A stretch of 64,000 nt of DNA, from IMG/VR virus record IMGVR_UViG_3300022744_000022, positions 1-64,000 of that record; one strand, written 5' to 3'. Below are positions 28,263 through 37,700 of the stretch, piece by piece. Below the pieces are notes generated by a model. It had not been told where the DNA came from. It searched no databases and saw only the letters and a list, made by a program, of their open reading frames with translations. A program made the position numbers and the translations under genes. The number at the start of each line of letters is the position of its first letter. The stretch's first letter is position 1.

Positions 28263-31200
28263 ATGGCGCAAGCTCCCCAAATAGCTCTTCGTGACGGTAG
28301 CGGGTTCACTACGAACCTCGTGTTCACTACGAACGAGGAAGCGATCTACATCACGGGCACCGTGGACGTGAACACGGTTTCGGTGCAGCTCTCGGTGAAT
28401 GGTGGGGCATTCGTCTCGGACCCTAACCTCGTCAGCTTCGTCCTACAAACGTTCACGATCCCCAACCTATCGGTCTACCCCACGGGGCTGCCTCTAGAGT
28501 TCGGGGTCAATACGATCCTCATTCGTACGATCGATATCGTCGGCGGTGTGTCTGCTACCTCGTCTGTGCTCGTGACTCGTGTGAGTGACGTGGATATGAC
28601 GGGGACACAGATCCCAACGGGTATCCGTGTCCGGCGTTACCGCAACTTCATAGAGATCCTGGCAGCTAAGCCGCAGCCCATCACGAACGTTGTGCAAACC
28701 GACTCGGGAGAGTCGGTTTTGGTTACGATCGACACCTCGACCTTCATGGGCTTCAACGTCTATGCTTCGGTAGAGCCCGCAGGCGTCTCCGGGTACTATA
28801 GGGTTAATGAAAAGCCCATCACCAGTCCGGCTGAGTTTGAAGAAGACGACATCACATCGTATGACGATCTAGCGGTTTGGGATGTCAGCTCGGCCAAGAC
28901 ACTTCGTGTTCGTGTCACTGAGGAAGACGAATTCGGTAACGAGGTAGCGGTTCGCTTGGACTCGTTCCACTCGAATTCAACGTTGGGTGGCAAGATCCGC
29001 CTCAACAGCACCCTCCAGAACTACGAGTTCAACGAGTTCCTGGTCTTCCCGCACACACGTTCGGGGGGCTCTGGGATCATCAACTCAGACCAGTTCATCA
29101 ACGTTCCGGATTCGGATCCTCTCTACTACGTCGTGACGGGCGTGTACTACGACCCGATCACAAACGTTGAGATCGAGACGCCCTATTCGCAAGAGGTCTT
29201 GGGATCTCCGCTCATCCTTGACACTACGATCCGAGATCTACCGGGTCGGACGCAAACGCAAATCGTCACCAGCTACATGCAGGCGGTTGGGCGTGTCAAC
29301 ACCGAGATCTCGCTGCTACCGGGCTCGGTGACTCGTGACGTGGACATCGATCCGTTCGCCTCTGAGGCAGAGCGTATCTGGTTTTTGCTCGATTTCGTGC
29401 ATCGCAGCCAGAGCTTTCTCACGTTGCTCGCAATCGACAACGTGAGCGGGAATGGCACTTCTGATCCTGTGGCGGGTAGCGCCTACAAACAGGCTTTGAA
29501 GGCGGCCCTTGGGTACACGAACGACTCATCGGTTCAAGCTCTCATTGACCAGCAGTTCGACAAGCTGGCGGCTAACGTCAACAAGACTCGTCTGGCTGGG
29601 CGTCAGTCTGTGGGTAACCTCACCCTTTACACGACGACCAAGCCCACGAAGGACTTGCAGGTCCCGGCAGGATCTTTCGCGGCCTCTACGGCAGATTCTT
29701 CGACCGGCACCACGGCCCAACGGTTCCGTATCGGGGGTTCGTATGTGCTTCCCGCAACCAACGCAGAGGCGTACTACAACTTCAACGAGAAGCGTTACGA
29801 GCTGAGGGTTGCTCTCGTTGCTGAATTGGCAGGGGCTGCGGGCAACGTCCCAGCCGGATCCATCAAGACGCTGATCGGCATCAGCGGGTTTCAGGCTATC
29901 AACGAGGCCGCTACCGTCTTCGGCGATGACGTGGAGTCCAACGCGGACTTGGCCTCCAGGGCAATGCTGGGGTTTGCCTCAGTCGATACAGGCACCGAGA
30001 CAGGGTACGCCTCCACCGCCGCTGCTAAGATCGGGGTCATCAAGACCGAGATCGTCAAGAGTGGTGACGCTCTCATGATGCGGGACTACGATGATGTCCG
30101 TAAGAAGCACATCGGCGGCAAGGTTGACGTTTGGATTCAAGGTGTGCAGGAACGTCAGGCCCAGGATAAGTTTGCCTTCTCGTTCGAGATCGCTCGCGAC
30201 ACCCGCTGCCAGATCATCGACCCAATCACCAACCTGATCTTCCGAGTCCTTGACTCTCGCGTTACCCCGACGACCCCGATCATCGAGATCTTGAACAACC
30301 CTTCCCAGGGGTTGGGCGTTCGCAACGCTACCCTTGGCCTTGATTATGATCTGACGGGCGTCTCGATTCTGGACTACCAGACGTTTCAGCTCAACAACAG
30401 TATTGCTCAGCCCCCGACGGCAATTGATGACACCATTCTGGCCGACTACCGTTTCCGTGTCGTGAACCAGTTCTTCATGACGCTGCAACCTGTGCGTCGC
30501 GTCGTCTCTGTGGTGGGCGAGGTGTCGGGTGCCCTTGACCCTTCCACGCATTACGAGTTGTTCAAGACCGACGATCCCTTGCTCGATGGTGAGAGCACGA
30601 TTGCCCGGGACTACGTGGCCATCACGCCCTCGGGGGGCACCCCCAGTGGCGATACGATCACGGTCAACAACGAACTGCACGTCATGATCGGGTTCGAGCA
30701 AGAGCCCTTGGATTCAATCGGCATCAACACCGCTACGATTCGGGTGTTCAACGAACAGCGCACCATTGAGTTCGAGCCTCCGGGATCTTTGGCCCCCGAT
30801 TACGACATCATTCAGGGCACGCCGACAACCCCCGTGCGTATCGTCCTGACGACCGCTTCTCAAATCGCCAGTGGTCAGGAAGTCTCGGTGGACTACGTTC
30901 ACGATGAGAACTTCACGGTCACCTATGTGATCAATGAACTCTTGCAGCAGTTGCAGGCCATCTTGGACAACAAGCGGCACGTGACTGCCGACGTGCTGGC
31001 CAAGCAAGCGATCCAGAACGACATCGACATCGAGACCACGGTGCAGCTCAAGAAGGGCTCTACCAAGGCCAAGACTGATCCGGTGATCCGCAACAACGTT
31101 TCGCTGGACCTCAACAAGAAGGTGATCGGCGAAGGTGTGGCGCAGTCCAACGTGGACGCTGCGATCAACGATTCGACGGGTGTTCAGTTCAACGTCTTGC

Positions 31201-31742
31201 CGATGGCCAAGATGGCGTACGCGGATGGTTCGCAGAAGTTGCGTGAGTCCGTGCTCTCGACGTACCAACACCTAAGCTCTCTCGATGTCGGCGGCAACAT
31301 CGTGTACATCCTGACCAACGCTCTGGAGTACCCGACCACCGATGGTGGCGGTCTCGCTACGGAGCACAAGGGCGTCTTCCAGGACGATGAGTCCATGGCT
31401 CTTGCCGCCGACCTCACCTTGGTTGGCTTTGTCACCAACCAGGCGTTCATCATCGGATCCGGCGGTGCGATCATTGCAGGGTACTCGGACGACGCTACCT
31501 TGGCGGGTGAGGGATTCCTTCCCAACGAGTATGCGCAGGAGCGCCTCCGCAGAACAGCCAACCACATCGTGGTGTCGTTGCTAGGTACCGGACTGCCTCC
31601 AGACAACCCGGAGAACCACTCGTACGCGGTCAGTTATATCGTGCGTGGGGACTCGGGCTCTCACGACATTACAGTGGCGCAGATGGAAGTGATTGACCTC
31701 GGGGTCTTCACGGTCACGTACCGCGAGTTCACGGAGGGCTGA
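28263..31742 (+). CDS. baseplate J-like (gp6/gp47-like) wedge protein
   Basis: GAAGNVPAGSIKTL...INEAATVFGDDVESNADLASRA is the Baseplate_J signature. GKVDVWI. Confidence 0.85.
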   Translation: MAQAPQIALRDGSGFTTNLVFTTNEEAIYITGTVDVNTVSVQLSVNGGAFVSDPNLVSFVLQTFTIPNLSVYPTGLPLEFGVNTILIRTIDIVGGVSATSSVLVTRVSDVDMTGTQIPTGIRVRRYRNFIEILAAKPQPITNVVQTDSGESVLVTIDTSTFMGFNVYASVEPAGVSGYYRVNEKPITSPAEFEEDDITSYDDLAVWDVSSAKTLRVRVTEEDEFGNEVAVRLDSFHSNSTLGGKIRLNSTLQNYEFNEFLVFPHTRSGGSGIINSDQFINVPDSDPLYYVVTGVYYDPITNVEIETPYSQEVLGSPLILDTTIRDLPGRTQTQIVTSYMQAVGRVNTEISLLPGSVTRDVDIDPFASEAERIWFLLDFVHRSQSFLTLLAIDNVSGNGTSDPVAGSAYKQALKAALGYTNDSSVQALIDQQFDKLAANVNKTRLAGRQSVGNLTLYTTTKPTKDLQVPAGSFAASTADSSTGTTAQRFRIGGSYVLPATNAEAYYNFNEKRYELRVALVAELAGAAGNVPAGSIKTLIGISGFQAINEAATVFGDDVESNADLASRAMLGFASVDTGTETGYASTAAAKIGVIKTEIVKSGDALMMRDYDDVRKKHIGGKVDVWIQGVQERQAQDKFAFSFEIARDTRCQIIDPITNLIFRVLDSRVTPTTPIIEILNNPSQGLGVRNATLGLDYDLTGVSILDYQTFQLNNSIAQPPTAIDDTILADYRFRVVNQFFMTLQPVRRVVSVVGEVSGALDPSTHYELFKTDDPLLDGESTIARDYVAITPSGGTPSGDTITVNNELHVMIGFEQEPLDSIGINTATIRVFNEQRTIEFEPPGSLAPDYDIIQGTPTTPVRIVLTTASQIASGQEVSVDYVHDENFTVTYVINELLQQLQAILDNKRHVTADVLAKQAIQNDIDIETTVQLKKGSTKAKTDPVIRNNVSLDLNKKVIGEGVAQSNVDAAINDSTGVQFNVLPMAKMAYADGSQKLRESVLSTYQHLSSLDVGGNIVYILTNALEYPTTDGGGLATEHKGVFQDDESMALAADLTLVGFVTNQAFIIGSGGAIIAGYSDDATLAGEGFLPNEYAQERLRRTANHIVVSLLGTGLPPDNPENHSYAVSYIVRGDSGSHDITVAQMEVIDLGVFTVTYREFTEG

Positions 31743-32557
31743 TGGCACGTTTTGTCTTCGGCTCTAATCGTCTCAACTCCACCATCGAGCAGCGGGGTAA
31801 AGAGTATAATTTAAGGTTGATGCAGAGGGCGCAGACCATCTTCTCAACCCTCTTGAACTTGATGCCGTCGAACTACGTGTCGGCGATCCAGGGTCCCAAC
31901 TATACGCAAGCCCTCAAGGCAGTGGCGGTGGAGTTGGCTCGCCTGGAACTTGCGCTTGAGGACGTGGACCGGGACCGTGCGTTCGCCACCACACGGTCGG
32001 ATTTTTTGTGGTCTATCGTAGGTTACCTGGTGCTGGTGAACAGCAAGATCCCCGACCTAGGTTTCTCGGACGAGGAGTTCCGCAGCTTCTTCCTCAACCT
32101 GGTCCGCATCTACTTCCAAGGGTCTGTGCCCGAGTCAATGTCGGACGTGGTGAAGCTGTTCATCTCGGGAGACGTGCAGGTCACCGAGCAGTTCTTGCTC
32201 GTCCGTAAGGGCGCGAGCGGCCTCGACATCTCAGACGAGTTCGGCTTCACCATCGATTACCTGGTACCGCCCGGGGGCGGCTTTCCGCCCAACTTGTTCG
32301 AGTCAGACTCCGCGATCAGGCAATTGCTTGATCTGGTGCGTCCGGCCCACACGCTCTATCGCATCAGGTACATCTTTAACGATCGCTACATACCTAATGA
32401 CACAATCGGGAAAATTTTAGACGCCATGCGCTGGAGACTGGGGATCTACCACTACGATGATTTGAGATCTTACTGGACGGGTATTCGGGATCGCGATCGT
32501 TTGGGTAAGAAGGTCAATCAGCAAGAGGTTGGGGAAGTTCACAGCGACGATTTCTGA
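31742..32557 (+). CDS. baseplate wedge protein (gpI/gp48-like)
   Basis: Follows baseplate-J. LLDLVRPAHT motif. Confidence 0.7.
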   Translation: MARFVFGSNRLNSTIEQRGKEYNLRLMQRAQTIFSTLLNLMPSNYVSAIQGPNYTQALKAVAVELARLELALEDVDRDRAFATTRSDFLWSIVGYLVLVNSKIPDLGFSDEEFRSFFLNLVRIYFQGSVPESMSDVVKLFISGDVQVTEQFLLVRKGASGLDISDEFGFTIDYLVPPGGGFPPNLFESDSAIRQLLDLVRPAHTLYRIRYIFNDRYIPNDTIGKILDAMRWRLGIYHYDDLRSYWTGIRDRDRLGKKVNQQEVGEVHSDDF

Positions 32558-33201
32558 CTGTGCGGGCATGTCCCATAGAAGCCTTTAGCCAAGTTGCAGT
32601 TGTGACACAGCACTTGGAACCCTGCCGGGTAATTATTGCGTCTAACCCAGTAGTAAACGTTAGAGGCCTTGATTTCTTGGAGGTGCCGCTTGCCGCCTCC
32701 GTTGATATGATCAATAGCTAAGAACTTGACCTCTCGTTCCCCGCAACAGCGGCATTGAGGGTCGCCGTCGCTGTACGCTTCTAGTGCTTGCTGTCGGAGT
32801 GCTCGATGGCGTTCTATAGAGCGTAGTTTCGCCTTCTCTGCATTATTGGCGTACCATTCTTTCGATTTTTGACTCTGGTACTCCTTTGTTCCGAAGTAGT
32901 GCCCCTTCTTGTACTCCGTTACACAGTGCTTGCACCACGCACATAGCCCGTCAGCGCTGCTTCTATCTTTGCTGAATGCTGCGGCAGCCTTCTGCTCATT
33001 GCACTTTTGGCAGTTCTTCCTAAAGTCGTCTGGCGGTGGGGTGTAGGCTTCAATTCTCTCGTCCCGCAAACGAGCCACCACTTTGGCGTGACAAGTCTTG
33101 CAACGTCCGAGGTAGCCATCCTTGGAGCGACTGTTCCTGTAGAACTGCGTAAGGTCTTTTCGCTCATTGCATGCGCTGCACACCTTGTTCTGAATCGGCA
33201 T
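32539..33201 (-). CDS. free-standing HNH homing endonuclease with two N-terminal Zn-finger repeats
   Basis: CRCCG...LAIDHINGGG...QVLCHNCNLAKG HNH core. CSAC...CKTC and CQKC...CKHC repeats. Visibly more AT-rich than the flanks. Confidence 0.9.
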   Translation of the reverse strand: MPIQNKVCSACNERKDLTQFYRNSRSKDGYLGRCKTCHAKVVARLRDERIEAYTPPPDDFRKNCQKCNEQKAAAAFSKDRSSADGLCAWCKHCVTEYKKGHYFGTKEYQSQKSKEWYANNAEKAKLRSIERHRALRQQALEAYSDGDPQCRCCGEREVKFLAIDHINGGGKRHLQEIKASNVYYWVRRNNYPAGFQVLCHNCNLAKGFYGTCPHSQKSSL

Positions 33202-33220
33202 ATAGCCATAATAGCATATA

Positions 33221-33230
33221 AGTAGAAGAA
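33221..33230 (-). promoter_or_regulatory. candidate late-promoter motif TTCTTCTACT (minus strand) upstream of HNH
   Basis: Reverse complement of AGTAGAAGAA, 19 nt before the HNH ATG. Same consensus. Confidence 0.4.
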
Positions 33231-33254
33231 AGCTTCGTTAACTCGACATGTGCG

Positions 33255-34721
33255 GTGACTTCTGAGCACTACACATACCGGCGGGCCGCAGCGTCATCCT
33301 GGGATGCAGCGAAGCAGGCGCTCGACCAATTCAACGAGCTGTATCAGGAAGCACAGAAGCGCTTCAAGTCTGGTATAGGCCCTGACGACCCGGATGCGGA
33401 CGACGCCCTTCTGAAACGGTTTGCGTTCGTGCCAAGTCCGGCGGCCCCCAGCTTCCCTGGTTCCCCCTTCTATGAGTGGCTGTGGTCGGCGTTCTCTGCG
33501 GGAGACGTGCCAGATCCAGAGCAGGTTCGTCCTAAGGGGCGCATGATCGTGCAGATCATCGACGGGCAACGGGACATTCAGGACTTTCTCACTGCTCTAG
33601 ACGAATACCGAGATGCCTTGCAGACAGTGGTTGAGGCGGTTGCACCGGAGCACTTCAGCTACCAGGGGTTCAAGATCTCGAACCCCGACCGCCTCGGGGA
33701 CAAGCAGTGTCGCCGAGTTCTTGAAGGGGTGGACTACCTTGTTGCGCTGTTCAAGAAGCGTGGGGTCCAACCCCTGCTGCACGTCGGGGTGACAGAGGTG
33801 GCTATCGTCACGCAGGCGACCCTAGAAAGGTCTGGAGGTTCTGCTAACTCGGGCCTTGGTCTGTACTTCCCGAACACCCAGAGCATCATGCTGTCCGTGA
33901 GGGCCGTAGGGCTAGGAGTTGGCCGCTTCATGAAGTGGGTCAACGAGATCTTCTTGCATGAGTTCGGTCACTATGTACATCTGCATTACCTTCCGCGTGC
34001 AGCACGGGAAGCTTGGGATGCTTCGTGGGGCGGTGTGAAGGAACGGCAGGAGGCCTTGGAACAAGCTTTCAAGGCTATCTCCGCGACGGATCGGGCTAAG
34101 TTTTTTGACGCCCTGCACTTCGCCAAGTTCGATCCATCGCGGGCTGCCAAACGTTTGGATCCTGTGTCTAGGGTGAAATTTGGGGTTTGGCTCCGAAACC
34201 CGCTTGTTGGGGATCCGCTAATTACGGACAAGCAGTTCCGCTTGACCAAGGCGGGTCAGTACCTGGCCCTGTTCTACTCGGATCGTGAGCGGTTCATGCG
34301 TGAGAACTACGATTGGATGCCCGTCGGATCCGATGAGTACAACCGGCAGGTTGAGGTATCCAGCAAGCGTTTTCAAGACAAGCTGGGCCTTCTGTGGGAC
34401 GGCAAGCAGCCCATCCCGGCCGCAGCCGTTGAGGAGCTGACCAAGGCGGACCCTTCGATGCAGAAGGCGGTGGAGGAAGCACTGGATCAGCTCGAAATTG
34501 TCTCCGACTACGGCCGTAAGGACGAGAAGGAAGACTTTGCTGAGAGCTTCGTGGCGTTCGTTGGCGCACCTGAGAAGCTCACGTCTACGGCGAAGTACCG
34601 GATGCAGCGGACGCTATGGCTGTCCGATTTCTACAGCAAACCCGTGATGCGGCTTGCCGGTGAGAAAGATTCTCTAACCCAGCATGTTGTGAGCCGCTAC
34701 CTCCATGCTCGTCAACAGTAA
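33255..34721 (+). CDS. zinc metallopeptidase (HEXXH + distal EDFAESF; lethal-factor-like gluzincin)
   Basis: GLYFPNTQSIML...IFLHEFGHYVH (about 33957-33971) and SDYGRKDEKEDFAESF (about 34530). Confidence 0.75.
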   Translation: MTSEHYTYRRAAASSWDAAKQALDQFNELYQEAQKRFKSGIGPDDPDADDALLKRFAFVPSPAAPSFPGSPFYEWLWSAFSAGDVPDPEQVRPKGRMIVQIIDGQRDIQDFLTALDEYRDALQTVVEAVAPEHFSYQGFKISNPDRLGDKQCRRVLEGVDYLVALFKKRGVQPLLHVGVTEVAIVTQATLERSGGSANSGLGLYFPNTQSIMLSVRAVGLGVGRFMKWVNEIFLHEFGHYVHLHYLPRAAREAWDASWGGVKERQEALEQAFKAISATDRAKFFDALHFAKFDPSRAAKRLDPVSRVKFGVWLRNPLVGDPLITDKQFRLTKAGQYLALFYSDRERFMRENYDWMPVGSDEYNRQVEVSSKRFQDKLGLLWDGKQPIPAAAVEELTKADPSMQKAVEEALDQLEIVSDYGRKDEKEDFAESFVAFVGAPEKLTSTAKYRMQRTLWLSDFYSKPVMRLAGEKDSLTQHVVSRYLHARQQ

Positions 34722-37700
34722 CGGAACCACGCTCGAAGTCCTGTTCGGGAGCCCCCTGGGTTTCCAGGGCAGCACCGTTCCGTCCAACTACCGGGTGTTT
34801 GCGGGGCCTGGGGCTGTCCCTGTGGGGGTTCAGGCAGTCACGCCGCTCTACACGGAGTACCAGTCCGGAGTTGGCTTCGTAGGGCATGCGGATGATGGGG
34901 CCCTACGGGGTTCGGCAACCTTTCGGGCTGAGGCGGACTACTTGACGCCTGGTCCCCAAGCAAGGGTTGCCATGCGGGGTTCAGCAACCCTTGTGGCGTC
35001 TCCTGCCTACGTGCAGACGGTCCTGACCCGAAGGTTCACACCAACGGGTGTTTACGCCCCCATCGGTGTGGGCGACTACATTTCCCTCCAGAGTGCCGCC
35101 AACAGCGTTTCATTCGCCCGGGTGCTGGATGTTCACCCTGACGGCACCTTGATCTTAGATCGGGATCTCTTTGCCGTGGATCCCGACAACGGGGCCATCG
35201 CTTGGACCCACACCTCAGCGCTTGAGGGCGTCTCGCTAGAGATCAACAAGCCCACCAACGACGGCGAGTACACCCTTGAAGTTCACGGGCTCCAGGACAC
35301 CTCTGGGGCACCCTACCGGGACACCCAGGACTTCACGGCAGTGTCGGCCAAGCCTCAAGTGGTCGGGGCTGTACAGCTCCCGGAGGGGCAGATCGTCATC
35401 ACGTTCTCGGACACGATGCGGGTGGACTTCGCCCTGCTGAGTCCGAACGAGTATGAAGTCACGGGCCCGTCGCTGGTTCTCGTGAAGACGGTTCAGACTG
35501 TCGCACCCCACCAAGTCATGCTCACCACCGTGGGGATGGCCACGGGGGCCTACCAAGTCACTGTGAACGCGGCGGGGACGCCTCACGACATCGCGGGCAA
35601 CCCAATGGACCCGGTGTTCAACCAGGCCGTTTTCACGGGCTCCCCAGCGCTCGCTTCACGCTCAGTCTACGTGAACAAAGGGCCCATTACGAAGCCCACG
35701 TTGGTGCTCCAGACGGGTGCCACCGCCACGATCAATAGCCCTACGCAGTTGACACTGCCCACTGCCAACATCACGGCGGCTCATGTGGGGCTCTACATCG
35801 CGTTGACCGGATCTACCATCAACGCTGGCACCTTCAAGATCACCCAACGGGTCTCGGCCACGGTGGTCAAGGTGGCGGCCAGTTTCTCGCTTCCTGATCC
35901 CGTGAACGGCACCATCGGTTGGCAGCTCCAAGACCCTCGGAATGGCGAGATCGCCGATAACCCTACGGATGTGGTGGTCCGGGTCAACAGCTTGCCTGTG
36001 GTCCCAGAGGCCGTCATCGGGCTTCTCGGGCAAATCGTGCTTCCTACGGTCCCGTCTCCCACCGACACCGTGGACGTGGACTACTGCTGGGTCTGCAACC
36101 CCGTGGTGGATTTCCGGCGGCTCAATTCGCAAGAGTTCCGGCTCAACAATTGGAACCGTGACAACGGCCGACCTGCTGATTCGTCCAGACACAAGTACCG
36201 CTACAACAACACGTTGATCCAGCCTGACACCTTCTTGAGCCTCAGCCCAGAAGAGCTGACGGGCACCGCTACGTTCCCTACGAGCACAACACTCAATGAC
36301 GTGGGTGGGCAGTTTCTAACGACCATCCAAACAGCGTCGTTTGTGACGATCACCAGTGGTCCCAACAGTGGGGTACGTAGGCAAATTGTCACCGTGTTCA
36401 GCAACACGTTGTTGATTCTGGACGCCCCGCTCTTGAGTTTGATTGGGGGGACCTACCGGATTGATCCTGTGGATCTTCGAGCTGAGGTTGCCCAGCCGCA
36501 GCAACGAGACCTCAAGTACCGAGCCTACGAGCGAGCCTACTCGGTCGCCCTCAACGACCCGAACCTTTTGCTTCTGAATTCACCGAACCACAAGATCGCC
36601 TTCCCGCCGATGGCTCGGCAGCTCCAGAGCACGTTCGTCAACTACCAAGCTACCGTGCTCCCAGAAGCGGATCCCGTGGCTCCGTGGGAACGACACGGCT
36701 CCGGTACAGCCGTCATCGCGGGCACTGACCTCGTGGTGATCGATGCTTCGTCGGGGCCCTCCCCCACGGGCAACCCCATCTTCTGGTCCAGGCCCATTGA
36801 CCTCACGTTCGACCATGTGTTCGCCATCGCGTGGCGGATGATGATCGATGCGGTGCCTTTGGCACAGGGCGTCTGGACGGGCATCGCAGCGGGTTACTCC
36901 GACGACGAGAAGGCTGTGGTGATCGGCTTCTTGGAGGACGCCGGGGTCAAGAAGATCGGTGTCCTGAAAGCGGGCGCTGGGAACGACCCCTCGGACATCA
37001 CGGCATGGACAGGGGGCCTTGACGGCTCGGGTAACCCCACGGGCGTCCCAATGGACCTCGACTGGTCCATCCTGCACAGCTACCGGGTGTTCAGGTCCAG
37101 AACGGGGATCATTACCTTCTACGTGGATGGATCGATCACGCCCTCGCTCCAGGTGGTCCCGGACGACCTTCCGTACCTTGAGGAGTTGAACGCTCCGTTC
37201 AATGAGCTGCAAGGGGCTTTCTTTGGTTCCTTGTCTCGTGAGGCCGAGAACACCTCGACGTGGAGCTTCGTTCGCTACACAGCGATCCCGATCAATCCGA
37301 AGCAGACTGCTCCTTCGATCTACGTCTCGTATGAAGGTACGACGCCTCCGGAGTCAGCCTCTCAGCCTTGGACCCCTGTGGGCTTCCACGGTACCGAAAC
37401 CATCATCGCGTCTGACTTCTTGCTCCTGGACTCAACGAGTGCCACGGACTTGCCCTCATCAAGTGCTGCTGGCTTGATCAGCGGCGATTTCAAAGGCTTT
37501 GCTCGGATCGAGCCTTTGTTGGCCGAGTCTTACGACACGGTTCTGGATGTGAATGTCGCGTTGCGGACGTTCACTCACGGCATCACGCCCAACGCCGTGA
37601 TGGCTGCGGTGGATGACGGATCGCGGCTCATCCAACTGAGCCTGTTCCCGGACAAGGCGTCCCCCAAGTTCAGCTACGGCGGTCGATCCCTGCCCAACCA

